Origin: a virus
Taxonomy: Duplodnaviria > Caudoviricetes
Virus record (IMG/VR): IMGVR_UViG_3300015050_001236
Span: 3,050 to 67,049 of that record
Reading direction: 5' to 3' (one strand)
Length of the DNA: 64,000 nucleotides
In this document: one piece after another, positions 41,133 to 50,810 of the stretch
Numbering within the stretch: the stretch's first letter is position 1
How the letters are laid out: every line of letters starts with the position of its first letter
Notes under the pieces: model-generated
What the model was told of the DNA's origin: nothing
Databases searched by the model: none
Seen by the model: the letters and a program-made list of their open reading frames with translations, nothing else
Made by a program: the position numbers and the translations under genes

Positions 41133-42011
41133 TCAGTTGAACAGGTCCCAGATGCCTGCGGCACCGGTGCCGAGGCCGATCAGTTGCGACAGGAAATCAG
41201 GTGCCGGCTCGGTCACCGACGTGGTGGTGTTGGGCGTGATAGGCGTGCCGCTCAGCAGCTGCGAGTAGAGTTGCAGTTGCTTGGCCGGGTAGTCGCGCTG
41301 CGCCGCGAAGTCCTGGTAGGCGAGGTCGAGCCCGGCCTGCTGGCGCTGCTGTGTCTTGGCGCCGACGCTGCTGAGCGCCTCGGCGTTCTTGAACCCCATG
41401 TCGCTCTTGGTCTGGCCGAGCGCGCCGAGCTGGCCGGCGGCGTCGAGCCCAAGTTGCGAGCCGAGACGGCGATTGGTCTCGTCATTCTGGAACAGGCCGG
41501 TGGCGCGGTCGTAAGCCGACTGCAGCCCTTCGGCGTCGATGCCCTGCATCTGCATGTTGAGGTCGCGCTGCGCGAGGCTGTCCTGCACGAAGCGCCGATC
41601 GCCGCCGAACGCCCCGGCCGCGACAGCCGACGCATCGCGCCCGGCCTGCTGCTCCTGGAACGCCTGCGTCGCGCGCTGCTTCTGCACGTCTAGGACGTTG
41701 GTCGTGTAGGGGTTCATGTAGGCCGACAGGTCGGCCTGCGGGATACCCTTGGCGGCGTAGTTAGCAATGCCGCCCGTCGCGCCGATGGCCTGGTCGACTT
41801 CCGGCGTTCCGCCTGCCGCCTGATCGCGGATCATGTCGAACGACGCGTTGGTGTCGCCCGAGAACTCAGCGAGGCGCTGGTTGCCGTATGTGGCGTAAGG
41901 GAGGTTCGAGACGCTCTTGGCCCTGCTGAGCAGGTCCGTTACATACGGCTCACTCCAGTCGGGCAGTTCGCCAGTGGTCGTCGAGGTTGTGACGTCGCCG
42001 CCTTTCGACAA
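41133..42011 (-). CDS. Internal virion / DNA transfer protein
   Basis: YMNPYT.NVLD...AGAFGGDR; Gln/Ala-rich. Confidence 0.7.
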   Translation of the reverse strand: MSKGGDVTTSTTTGELPDWSEPYVTDLLSRAKSVSNLPYATYGNQRLAEFSGDTNASFDMIRDQAAGGTPEVDQAIGATGGIANYAAKGIPQADLSAYMNPYTTNVLDVQKQRATQAFQEQQAGRDASAVAAGAFGGDRRFVQDSLAQRDLNMQMQGIDAEGLQSAYDRATGLFQNDETNRRLGSQLGLDAAGQLGALGQTKSDMGFKNAEALSSVGAKTQQRQQAGLDLAYQDFAAQRDYPAKQLQLYSQLLSGTPITPNTTTSVTEPAPDFLSQLIGLGTGAAGIWDLFN

Positions 42012-42014
42012 TTT

Positions 42015-42452
42015 TCAGTCTCCTGCCAAAGCGGGTACGTCAACTTCGAGTACCATGAAACTCTCGCGCCATCCATAGGGGCGCAGCATGCGCTCCCATC
42101 CGGCACGCCCGGCCAGTTCGACCGCCGAGCAGCCGGCGTCCGCCGCGTAGGCGCGGAAGGTCGCTTGTGCCTCAATCACCCAGGCGTGCATATCGGACCC
42201 TCCGGTGAAGTCCACCACCAGCGTGCGCTTCGCCGGGTACTGCGCCACCCGCGTCACGAACGCCGCCCGGATCGTCCGGTCCTCCGGGTACGATACCCAG
42301 AGCGTCGAGCGCTTCTCGCTTAAGGCGGCGAATAGCGTACTCATGGTGACGCGACCGCCACTCCGCTTTACCGCCGGGGAGAGCAGCGGCGCGACTGTAG
42401 TCCAGACCGCCTTCAGTTCGCTCGTCGGGACGGCGGTCACTGTCCATGTCAA
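42015..42452 (-). CDS. GNAT-fold-like internal virion protein (T7 gp13-like position)
   Basis: LVVDFTGG.DM..W...A...GC..VELAGRAGWERML. Confidence 0.65.
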   Translation of the reverse strand: MTWTVTAVPTSELKAVWTTVAPLLSPAVKRSGGRVTMSTLFAALSEKRSTLWVSYPEDRTIRAAFVTRVAQYPAKRTLVVDFTGGSDMHAWVIEAQATFRAYAADAGCSAVELAGRAGWERMLRPYGWRESFMVLEVDVPALAGD

Positions 42453-44419
42453 CGCCCGCCCGCCCGCTGCTGCAACTCGTCGCTCATCTGCTGCATCTGC
42501 TCGGGGCCGCCCGCGCCTTCCACGGCTTCCACCGGCATGACGAACTCGCCGTTGCTCAGCGCCACCGGCTGACCGACGTCCGTCATGGCGGGCACCATGT
42601 CGTCCTTCGGGCCGCCCGGGCCGCGCACCATCCGGCCGCGCTGGCGCATCTTCATGCCGCCGCGCACCTGTTCGACCAGCGAGGTCAATGCCTCCTCGCC
42701 GAAGGCCTTGACGAACTTCTCCAGCGCGCCCTGCGGATCGGGGCTGTCGCCCTCGATGGCGTCCTCGGCGTCGGCGATGATGCTGACGCGCGGGTCCATG
42801 CCGCCCATCGGCGAGACCTCGCCGCCTTCGGCGTAGCCAACGATGCCGCCGTTCGCCATGCCTGCTGCCTTGCGGAAGTACAGCCACTCCGGGTCGACGC
42901 CCGGATTGTATGGCGGCAGGTTCGGGAACACGACGTTGCCCCAGCGGTCGTAGGTCGGCAGCGAGCCCGTGCCGCCCGTGCCGCCACCGCCATTGCCGCC
43001 CGTGCCGCCACCGCCATTGCCGCCCGGAGTACCCGGCGGAGTGCCGGGCGGAACGATCGGGTTGCTGTGCCGCGACGGGCGCTCTTCCGCGAGGCTGCGC
43101 CACGGCCGTTCTTCGGACGGCCGATAGAGCGGGTTGGTGATCTGCTGGTGCCATGACGGCGTGTCGGTTGCGGCGGACCCGCTGCTGCCGCCGCCCGGCT
43201 TGCCCTTCATGATCTGCCCGCCACCTTCCCAGATGTCGGGGAACAGCGTCTTGACGACGCTGCCGAGCGTGGAGTGCTCGAGCACCTTGCCGCCGCCCTC
43301 GACGACCTTGTCCCAGACGCTCGGCTCTTCGATCGCGGCGGTGACCTCGGTGACGCCGCCGGACGTGGTTGGTGTACCGACCTGGATCACGTCGATGCCG
43401 CCCTCGCCGTTGTCATAGTCAGGGCGCGCACGCGGGAGCGGCACGGATGCTTCGGTGGTGGCTGTCGAAGGTGGCTTGGAGGGCCACATCAGGTCGAGCA
43501 GCGGCTGGTAGTCCGACAGTCGATCGACGGCGTTCGCCCCGAACGAACTGGCGGCCGCGCTCGACGCACCACCGATGCCCGCCTTCTGTGCGGCAGACGT
43601 CCAGCCGCCCGGAATGAACGGCACGGCCATCTCGGCCAGCTTCTTTTCGTGCTCGTCCTTGACGACCTGCAACGGATCGAAGGCCGTGCGGCTTTCGAGA
43701 TCGCGCTGGACGCGGTCGCGGTAAGGCTGGTTCAGGTCATAGCGCAGGCCGTTCCAGTCGATGATGCCTTCGGACGGCACGACCCCGGCGTTGGTGCGCC
43801 GGTCGATCTGGCTCTGCCGGTAGGCATTCTGGTCGGCCCAGAAATCGTCCCATGCGTCGAGCCATGGCTCGCCCACGACCTCGCCGCGGAAGTCCTCCCA
43901 CGTCATGTCGTCGCCCACGCTGTTCATCAGCCCGAGATTGGTAGGGTCCACCGGAGTCCGTGCGCGACCCGGCAACGCCGGGGCAAACAATTCAGCCATG
44001 ATCGAGGGGTCCAGCCCGGCAAGGCTGTCCATCGCGGCTTCCAGCCCGCGACCGGCCGAGCCGGGCGCGGAGAGCCCCGACTTCGATCCCGAGTTGCTGA
44101 CGAGGCTGGCCAGCCCGCCGCTAATTGCGCTGACGGGCGACGATGATCTCGATTCCACCAGGGACTGCGTCGACGGCGTGGACGTTGATACCGGGTTTGT
44201 CGAGGGCGACGTCGACCTCGACGTGTCGGCCAGCGACGCGGTGGGTGTCGAGGGCGTCGCCGCCTTGACTGCCGCGACAACCTTGGACACCGTGGACGCC
44301 TGCGTCGCGGGCTTGCTGACGGACACGTTGCCGGTAGGCGTCGTGGCCTTGACGACAGTGTTGGATACCACGGGTTTCGGCGTGGCCGCCAGCATACCGC
44401 CTTCGCTCAATACGCCCAT
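42449..44419 (-). CDS. Low-complexity internal virion protein
   Basis: Ser/Thr-rich N-terminus; MANGGIVGYAEGG; VRGPGGPKDDMVPA...LSNGEFV.P. Confidence 0.7.
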   Translation of the reverse strand: MGVLSEGGMLAATPKPVVSNTVVKATTPTGNVSVSKPATQASTVSKVVAAVKAATPSTPTASLADTSRSTSPSTNPVSTSTPSTQSLVESRSSSPVSAISGGLASLVSNSGSKSGLSAPGSAGRGLEAAMDSLAGLDPSIMAELFAPALPGRARTPVDPTNLGLMNSVGDDMTWEDFRGEVVGEPWLDAWDDFWADQNAYRQSQIDRRTNAGVVPSEGIIDWNGLRYDLNQPYRDRVQRDLESRTAFDPLQVVKDEHEKKLAEMAVPFIPGGWTSAAQKAGIGGASSAAASSFGANAVDRLSDYQPLLDLMWPSKPPSTATTEASVPLPRARPDYDNGEGGIDVIQVGTPTTSGGVTEVTAAIEEPSVWDKVVEGGGKVLEHSTLGSVVKTLFPDIWEGGGQIMKGKPGGGSSGSAATDTPSWHQQITNPLYRPSEERPWRSLAEERPSRHSNPIVPPGTPPGTPGGNGGGGTGGNGGGGTGGTGSLPTYDRWGNVVFPNLPPYNPGVDPEWLYFRKAAGMANGGIVGYAEGGEVSPMGGMDPRVSIIADAEDAIEGDSPDPQGALEKFVKAFGEEALTSLVEQVRGGMKMRQRGRMVRGPGGPKDDMVPAMTDVGQPVALSNGEFVMPVEAVEGAGGPEQMQQMSDELQQRAGGR

Positions 44420-44433
44420 GGCCAGCCTGCTCC

Positions 44434-44751
44434 TTACGTGGTCGTCACGGTCAGTTCGCCAACCTCGGCGCTGACGCTGAACGATCCCATCCAGATATCA
44501 TCTTCTCGCACCATCGTCAGCACCCCCGCGTTGGCGAACACTTCGCCGGCGCGCAGGCCGTAGCCGCTGGTCGGAAAGCTCTCGGGCGCCAGGTACATGC
44601 CGCTGAACCGCCCGTAGTGAATGCCGAACACATAGGCCTGCATCTGCGACAGCCAGCGGTTCAGCTGGTTCGACCAGTCGAAGGAGAACAGTTCGGCCGG
44701 GCGGGGCGGCGCCGGGAGGATGATCGTCTTGGTGTCGTTGCCGTCAACCAT
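44434..44751 (-). CDS. Virion protein
   Basis: ATG 44751 overlaps nozzle stop; LPAPP...Y..W..QL.R pattern. Confidence 0.65.
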   Translation of the reverse strand: MVDGNDTKTIILPAPPRPAELFSFDWSNQLNRWLSQMQAYVFGIHYGRFSGMYLAPESFPTSGYGLRAGEVFANAGVLTMVREDDIWMGSFSVSAEVGELTVTTT

Positions 44752-46637
44752 CAGCGCTGTCCGTCCGGGGAGGCGTAGAGGCGCGGCACGCCGAGCTGCC
44801 ACAGCGTGCCGGTGGCTGTCGTCTCGATGCCGAACTGCACCGAGCGGGCGCGGAAGCGCTTGTCGACCTTGGCCGTGTACTGCTCGACCGGCAGGGCGAC
44901 CGTGCGATCGACAGGCGCGTCCGGGCCGGTGACGAAGGCCGAGCCGGGGTAGTCGCGCTTTTCGAACGTGTAGTTCACCGCCGGCGCGCCAGCGGTCGAG
45001 CCGAAGAAGTCATTGTCGGGGATCAGCCGCGACACGTACATGAAGTCGCCACCGCTGCCGAGCTCGAACACCGACGACTTGAGGTAGGAGTTCAGCATGG
45101 CCGCGGGCGTGGTCGACTGGTCCGTCGCGCCGATATCGTGCAGGTAGATATAGCCGTCCGGCGCGGTGGCGAGCGGGTAGTCCTCGAACCACGCATCGAG
45201 CCAGGTTGTCCGCCCGGCGCCGTTGTAGTCGCCGTAGTACCAGAGCAGGTTGGACGGGTCCTCATAGTTGCAGATGACGTAGTAGTTGTTCTCGGTGCTG
45301 CCGTTCACCGGCATCAGCCAGATGAACTCGGCGAACTGGCGGTTCACCCCTGCGGTGATCTTCTCGGTCTGCGATGTGTTGAGGATGCTGAAGATATAGG
45401 TGCGGATGTCGCAGGGCATGTCGCGCACGACGCCGTCGTACCACTGGAACCGGCCGTTCGCCATCCACGCGGTGATCGCGCCCGTGCTGGTGGCGGCGTT
45501 CGGGCCGATCAGCTGGATGTTGGTGCCGATACGCGTCTGGCCGAAGGTGAACGGCGGACCGATGAAGCGGAACGAGTGCAGCGTCGTGTCGGTGAAGACG
45601 AGGATTTCGGTCGTCGTCTCGATGGCGCGCAGGAACTCCGAGCCGCCGTCGATGCGCAGGCTGCCGGCCGTGTTGGTGGTGTTGGGCGTCCAGTCGCCGA
45701 GGTTCTCGGCCGTCGCCCAGCGCGCCAGCAGTCGGTCCTGCGTCGCGTCGCCCAGCGGATTGGTGCCGAAGGCGACGGCGTGCCGGTCGTTATCGCTGAC
45801 CAGAATCTGCCGCGCGATGGTCGGCACGTTGCCGGTCGGATAGAGGTCGGCGAGGTTGACGCCGCGCGTCCCGATCGAGCCGCTCATGTCCTTGAAGTAG
45901 ATGGCGCCGTTGCGGGCGTTGAACAGCAGATCCTCGCCGAAATTGTCCTCGGTCCACAGGCGTAGCTGCTCTGTCACAGTGAAGGTGCCGCTGCCGGAAC
46001 CCCAGCCACCGGAACCCCAGCCGCCTGTGCCCCAGCCATCGCCGAGCACGGTGGTGTCGAGGCCGACATTGATCTGGTACTCGGCGACCACCGCCGCGCC
46101 GCCGCCGGCTGTCGCGCCGGCTGTTGCGGGCGTCTGCACCTCGATGGTGTAGTGGTCGGCGTCGACGATCGAGGTGATCTGGTGCTCGGTATTGAACTCG
46201 TCGGCCGGGATGCCGTCGATCGGCCCCGTCGCGTCGGAGAACGTCACGAAGTCGTTGACCACCGAGCCGTTGCCGACATCCGTCACCGTGATGATCTTCG
46301 AGCCGGCCGTGCCGGTCGTGAACGGGTTGTTGGCCATCGGGTCGGTGGTGAGCCGCAGCGGCGTGATGTCGACGAGGCTGTTGCCCTGGACGATGTAGTA
46401 TTTCCAGTTGGTCCCCGCGCCGTAGTAGCGCGAGCCGTTCAGCGTCGACCACGGGAACAGGCTGCGGAACGTACCTTGCGCGACGTCGGCCGTGAACTTC
46501 TGCCAGCCGCCTACGCTCTGCCACGACCCGGTCTTTACCCGCGCGAGATTGCAATCGTACCAACCGCCGGTGTTACCGTAGTCGGTCGTCTCTCGATTGA
46601 TTCCGGGTCGGAACTGGATCTTGATCAGGTCTGGCAC
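44751..46637 (-). CDS. Tail nozzle / tubular protein (P22 gp10-like position)
   Basis: IQFRPGINRETT.Y...GGW.D; beta-propeller-like repeats. Confidence 0.75.
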   Translation of the reverse strand: MPDLIKIQFRPGINRETTDYGNTGGWYDCNLARVKTGSWQSVGGWQKFTADVAQGTFRSLFPWSTLNGSRYYGAGTNWKYYIVQGNSLVDITPLRLTTDPMANNPFTTGTAGSKIITVTDVGNGSVVNDFVTFSDATGPIDGIPADEFNTEHQITSIVDADHYTIEVQTPATAGATAGGGAAVVAEYQINVGLDTTVLGDGWGTGGWGSGGWGSGSGTFTVTEQLRLWTEDNFGEDLLFNARNGAIYFKDMSGSIGTRGVNLADLYPTGNVPTIARQILVSDNDRHAVAFGTNPLGDATQDRLLARWATAENLGDWTPNTTNTAGSLRIDGGSEFLRAIETTTEILVFTDTTLHSFRFIGPPFTFGQTRIGTNIQLIGPNAATSTGAITAWMANGRFQWYDGVVRDMPCDIRTYIFSILNTSQTEKITAGVNRQFAEFIWLMPVNGSTENNYYVICNYEDPSNLLWYYGDYNGAGRTTWLDAWFEDYPLATAPDGYIYLHDIGATDQSTTPAAMLNSYLKSSVFELGSGGDFMYVSRLIPDNDFFGSTAGAPAVNYTFEKRDYPGSAFVTGPDAPVDRTVALPVEQYTAKVDKRFRARSVQFGIETTATGTLWQLGVPRLYASPDGQR

Positions 46638-46640
46638 AGG

Positions 46641-47471
46641 TCAAAACACGAAGTTGCCGCTGCTGGTGAAGGTGTGAATGGTGTAGCCTCCGGACGATGT
46701 GACCGTTCCCCCCGTGGCGACCTGCGCCCCGAGGTAGCGAATGATGACGACACCCGAGCCGCCTGCGCCGGATGTCCGGTTGTTCGTACCGCCGCCGCCG
46801 CCCGCGCCGAGATTGGTCGTGCCGCTGACGGGGTTGGTCGTATCGTTGCCGCCCGCGCCGCCGCCGCCAGAACCGCCCGCCGACACGCCTGTGGAGCGCG
46901 CGCCGCCGCCGCCGCCCGCGTAGGTGACCGACGCGCCGCTGATCGAGGACGCCGTGCCGTTGCCGCCCGTACCGCCGACACCCGATGAGGCGTTGCCGCC
47001 GACTGCGCCCGCGCCGCCGCCCGCGCCGCCGGCGCGCGCAGAGACGCTCGCCGCCGAGGACCCCGTTCCGCCGTTGTTACCTTGCCCGCCCGTGCCCGCG
47101 CCGCCTGCGCCGCTGGTGCTGTTGTCCGCGCCGCCGCCGCCGCCCGAACCGCCGCTGAGCCCTGCCCCGCCGGCGTCGCCGCCGCCGCCGCCGCCAATGG
47201 CCGTCAGGCTGTTGAAGGTCGAGTTGCCGCCGCTGACACCAATGCCTGACGAGACGACTGCCGTGCCGCCCGCGCCGACGACCACCGCATACGTGCCGGA
47301 AGTCAGGTTCACGACCGACCCGGTAAGCATGCCGCCCGCGCCGCCGCCGCCGCCCTTCGACGCCGTTGCCGTGCCGCCGGAGCCGCCGCCGGCGACGATC
47401 AGGTAGTCAATGTCCAGTTCGCGTATCGCGGCGGTGCCCGCCAGTAGCTGGGCGATGATCCCTGCTGTCAT
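46641..47471 (-). CDS. Glycine-rich tail fibre-associated protein
   Basis: DYLIVAGGGSGG...GGGGAGG; GGSGVVIIRY; YTIHTFTSSG. Confidence 0.75.
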   Translation of the reverse strand: MTAGIIAQLLAGTAAIRELDIDYLIVAGGGSGGTATASKGGGGGAGGMLTGSVVNLTSGTYAVVVGAGGTAVVSSGIGVSGGNSTFNSLTAIGGGGGGDAGGAGLSGGSGGGGGADNSTSGAGGAGTGGQGNNGGTGSSAASVSARAGGAGGGAGAVGGNASSGVGGTGGNGTASSISGASVTYAGGGGGARSTGVSAGGSGGGGAGGNDTTNPVSGTTNLGAGGGGGTNNRTSGAGGSGVVIIRYLGAQVATGGTVTSSGGYTIHTFTSSGNFVF

Positions 47472-48472
47472 CAGGTCAGCCCTGCGCCGGAGATCATCCA
47501 GGATGTCGTGGCAATCTTGAGCGCCGTGGCCATGCCGTTGGCGGCCAGCGTGCGCGAGCCTGTCGTGCCCGCGCCGGCGAGGGTCAACGTGTCGGCGGTG
47601 ATGGAGATGGTCACCGTGTTGATCTGGTTGACGAAGGTGATGGCCGTCCCGATCGGGAAGGCGACGTTGGCGTTGCTGTCGATGGTGAAGACGCGCGCGT
47701 TGTTGTCGGCCGTCGGGTGCAGGATGGTCTTCTGCGCGTCGGCCAGCACCGTGGTGTAGGCCGCCGACTGCGAGTTGATCGGCGTGTTCGAATAGAGCGG
47801 GACGCCCTCGACGGCGATGACGCCGGCCGCCGACCGAGAGATCGTCGTGTCGGTGGCCGCCCCGAGTTCGATTGAGCCGACGGTCAGCGCGTTCGAGGTG
47901 CCGAGCGACACCGGCCCGCTGAAGGTCAGCAGGCTGGCCGAGTGGGTAATGGTGTAGTTGCCGGCGTTGAAGTTGATGACGGCGCCCGAGGCGAGGAACA
48001 GGTCCGACCACGCGGTGGCCGAAAGCCCAAGCGAGGTCGCGTCGTTGGTCGTCGGGGTGAAGGCCCCCGAATACATGTCGACGACGTTGGTGCCGTCGCA
48101 GTAGACCCACCGGCCCGTCGTCGCCGGGATGGCGATGCCGGTGCCGGCGGCCGTCTTGACCGTTACGGCGTAGCCGCCGGTCGTCGAGTTCTTGACGAAG
48201 TAGAGCTTGTTCGCCGTGGGCACGACCACGTTGCGCGCCGCTGTCATGGCGCCGGTCAGGTTGACGACGGCGTTGCGTGCCTGGTCGCTGGCGCCGTTGG
48301 TGCTGGTCAGCGTCAGGTTGGCGACGTCGCCCTGCGCCACCGACAGCACGCCGGTGATGGCCTGCTCGAGCAGCGTGCCGAGATTGGTGTTGGTGGTGTC
48401 GCCCCAGGTGCCGGACTGATCGCCGGTGGCCATCAGTTCGAGAAGGAGGGAGGAGGAATAGGTACTGGCCAT
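47471..48472 (-). CDS. Tail fibre protein
   Basis: MASTYSSSLLLELMATGDQSGTWG..TNTNL; LAANGMATALKIATT.W.ISG.GLT. Confidence 0.75.
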   Translation of the reverse strand: MASTYSSSLLLELMATGDQSGTWGDTTNTNLGTLLEQAITGVLSVAQGDVANLTLTSTNGASDQARNAVVNLTGAMTAARNVVVPTANKLYFVKNSTTGGYAVTVKTAAGTGIAIPATTGRWVYCDGTNVVDMYSGAFTPTTNDATSLGLSATAWSDLFLASGAVINFNAGNYTITHSASLLTFSGPVSLGTSNALTVGSIELGAATDTTISRSAAGVIAVEGVPLYSNTPINSQSAAYTTVLADAQKTILHPTADNNARVFTIDSNANVAFPIGTAITFVNQINTVTISITADTLTLAGAGTTGSRTLAANGMATALKIATTSWMISGAGLT

Positions 48473-48479
48473 CAGATCC

Positions 48480-48776
48480 TCATGTTACGACGGGCACCCA
48501 GTTACCGGACGGGGCCGGAGGCACTATGCCCCAAAGGAATACACTACCCACCCGACATTGGGTAGCCACGCCGCTCAACGCTATGGATTGAGCGGTGGTC
48601 AGCGTGCCGAGCGTCCCGGTGGCGCTGACTGTCGTCGGTAGGATCGAGGTGTCGAAGGCTACCGTGAAGCTACCGACCTCGCCGGTGGCGCTGACCTCGC
48701 TGATCAGCACGCCGGCCGTAGCGCCCGTACCCCACTCGCCAGACCCCCATCCGCCGCGGCCCCATCCGTCCGCCAT
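48480..48776 (-). CDS. Small tail-associated protein
   Basis: GWGRGGWGSGEWG; SATG.VG repeats. Confidence 0.65.
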   Translation of the reverse strand: MADGWGRGGWGSGEWGTGATAGVLISEVSATGEVGSFTVAFDTSILPTTVSATGTLGTLTTAQSIALSGVATQCRVGSVFLWGIVPPAPSGNWVPVVT

Positions 48777-48782
48777 TTGCCG

Positions 48783-49229
48783 TCACACCAGTCGGATGAT
48801 GGCGTTGGTGGCGTCGGCCGTCGGGAAGATGATGGTCAGGTCGCCGGCCGCCGCGGACTTGTCGCTGCCGAAGTCGAACACGGCCACGGCCTTGTCCGAC
48901 TTGGTGTCGTTGTAGATGAGGCAGCCCGAGGTGGTGATGGTGACGTTGGTGAACACGAGGTCGGCGAAATCAGTATAGGCCGTGGTGCCGCTCGAGGTCG
49001 GCGTGACATTGGTCAGCGCCGAGCCGCCGGCGGTGTAGTTGGTGCCGCTCGCTTCGTCGGCGCCCATGTCCGAGTAGTTGGTCGTCGCCGCGCCGAAGCT
49101 GCCGACGATCGACGCCTGCGCGCGGAACAGCGCCAGCTTGAACGAGTCGCCGGTGGTGTTGGTAAAATCGTGGGTGGCGGTCAGGAGCTGCGTCTTGAAG
49201 CTCGTGCACATCGCCTGGACAATTGCCAT
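48783..49229 (-). CDS. Tail-associated structural protein
   Basis: MAIVQAMCTSFK...FKLALF...GTNYTAGG..L. Confidence 0.75.
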   Translation of the reverse strand: MAIVQAMCTSFKTQLLTATHDFTNTTGDSFKLALFRAQASIVGSFGAATTNYSDMGADEASGTNYTAGGSALTNVTPTSSGTTAYTDFADLVFTNVTITTSGCLIYNDTKSDKAVAVFDFGSDKSAAAGDLTIIFPTADATNAIIRLV

Positions 49230-49522
49230 CAGAGGTTCCTTACGATCTCGGCGGCCGCGACGTGGCCGGCCTCAATGAGGCGGTTGTACACAGTTGTATT
49301 CTGGCTGCGCTGCGCCTGCACGAAGTAGTGGTGCACCAGCACGGCCATGCGCTCCTGCTGCGCTTCGGCGGCGGCGCGCACGTCGGGCGGGATATCCGGG
49401 CTGATGTAGATCAGCTTGGGCATCAGCATGCGGGTCAGCTCGTCGGGGTTCAGCCCGCGCCCGTTGGTGACGATGGTCTCGATGACGCCCATCTGGGGGC
49501 CTGCATCCACGGAAAGACTCAT
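49229..49522 (-). CDS. Conserved hypothetical protein
   Basis: V.TTNGRG..P.EL...K.I.IS...P..VR pattern; coupled. Confidence 0.65.
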   Translation of the reverse strand: MSLSVDAGPQMGVIETIVTNGRGLNPDELTRMLMPKLIYISPDIPPDVRAAAEAQQERMAVLVHHYFVQAQRSQNTTVYNRLIEAGHVAAAEIVRNL

Positions 49523-50178
49523 GCGGCCTCCGACTTTCGTTTCTCGCCCGAGCGGTAGGTGTCCTTGCGGTCGCGCGACTCGCCGAGGTTCTTCAGCCCT
49601 TGCAGGCCGACAAGGAACCGCTGCTCGTAGGTATCGCCCATGTTGTCGATACCTGCAACACGCTTGAGATAATTGCTCGCCTCGCTGAGCGCGCCGTAGA
49701 GCAGCGTGTCGAAGGCGTTGATCGAGAGCCACGTTCCATCGGGCGAGTCGACCAGCGACTGCGGCCGGTAGAAATAATTCAACTGGCACGGATAGTCGTC
49801 ATCGGGCGTCGGCCCCATGATGACCGAGGTGTAGGTAGCTGCCTCGAACAGTGCGTAGCAGAACGGCTCGCCGACAGCAGTGTCGTCCGGGTAGACCTCG
49901 CGGATGTACTCGACGTCCTTGTTGAGCAGGAACTTCCAGCCGTCGGCTGTCTCGATCGACAGGCTCGACGCTGCGAGGAACCCGTTGGGCAGTTGCAGGT
50001 ACGGGCTGCCGGTGGTCAGCGTCGCCGTCTGGGCGTCGCGAAAATACGGCAGCTGGACGAAAAAGAATATGCGCTCTTCGGCTGCCTGAACGAAACGCGG
50101 AATCTGAGCGACAAAGTCGGCGTCGTCATACGACGTGTATGACTGCACCTGTTCGGTCATTTCCGTGAGGGTCTGCAC
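49519..50178 (-). CDS. Tail tubular / adaptor protein
   Basis: FV.QIPRFVQAAEERI...LLYGALSEA. Confidence 0.7.
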   Translation of the reverse strand: MQTLTEMTEQVQSYTSYDDADFVAQIPRFVQAAEERIFFFVQLPYFRDAQTATLTTGSPYLQLPNGFLAASSLSIETADGWKFLLNKDVEYIREVYPDDTAVGEPFCYALFEAATYTSVIMGPTPDDDYPCQLNYFYRPQSLVDSPDGTWLSINAFDTLLYGALSEASNYLKRVAGIDNMGDTYEQRFLVGLQGLKNLGESRDRKDTYRSGEKRKSEAA

Positions 50179-50340
50179 TTACTTGCGACGCCCCTCGTGG
50201 TAGTCCTCGCTGGCAGCGAAGGCCTTCTTCGCGACCGGCGTCAGCGTTGGCGGGGCGAGCTGCGGGCTGATGCAGTAGCGATCGACGATCTTGTCGGGCT
50301 TGTTGCGGCTCTGCGCCGCGCCCCATCCGCGCTTGATCAT
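50179..50340 (-). CDS. Small virion-module protein
   Basis: ATG 50340; 53 aa. Confidence 0.45.
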   Translation of the reverse strand: MIKRGWGAAQSRNKPDKIVDRYCISPQLAPPTLTPVAKKAFAASEDYHEGRRK

Positions 50341-50459
50341 TTGCGGATCCCCATCTTGGTGTTCTTGCCCGGGGCCGCGGCGGACTTTTCGATCCGCCCG
50401 AGGCCGCCGCCTGCGCCGCCCGTCATCTTGGCGGGCTTCACCTTGACCATGTTCTTCAT
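50337..50459 (-). CDS. Small basic peptide (MKNMVKVKPAKMTGGAGGGLGRIEK...)
   Basis: Translated by hand; AGGAG RBS. Confidence 0.55.
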   Translation of the reverse strand: MKNMVKVKPAKMTGGAGGGLGRIEKSAAAPGKNTKMGIRK

Positions 50460-50471
50460 CGTCGGAGCTCC

Positions 50472-50810
50472 TTAAGCCACAAGAACGGTGATGTTGCCGA
50501 CCTGGCACTGGATGTTCGTCAATGGATTACCTATCGGAAGCCAGCCAAAAAGACCAGTGCTTCCCGGTACGCCGACGTCAGGGCGCGGGTCGAGCAGCGC
50601 CTGCGGATCGTCGATCTTCATGCGGCCGAGCTGCAGCTGCGGGTTGTCGACGTCGAGGCAGACGCTGCAGACGAGCAAGCCGTTCGGCCGCTCGTCAAAA
50701 ATCTCTTCGCGCAGTTCGTTCAGCTTGAAGCTGAACCCGCACCGGTCGCATAGCCCGAGCGCCCACGGAGGGCGGATGGCGCTGGAACGTGTGCCGCCGG
50801 AGTGCGCCAT
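50472..50810 (-). CDS. Conserved Zn-finger protein
   Basis: ALGLCDRCGF..KL.EL...GLLVCSVCLD.DNPQ..LG...DPQAL..PRPD. Confidence 0.75.
   Translation of the reverse strand: MAHSGGTRSSAIRPPWALGLCDRCGFSFKLNELREEIFDERPNGLLVCSVCLDVDNPQLQLGRMKIDDPQALLDPRPDVGVPGSTGLFGWLPIGNPLTNIQCQVGNITVLVA

Noticed and set aside
42966-43025. 24-nt tandem repeat
   Set aside because: Encodes a Gly-rich linker (GGNGGGGT x2); not a CRISPR or regulatory repeat.
44135-44160. TCGATTCCACCA looks like a tRNA T-loop/CCA end
   Set aside because: Inside a coding region, with no cloverleaf; no tRNA or tmRNA found anywhere by eye.
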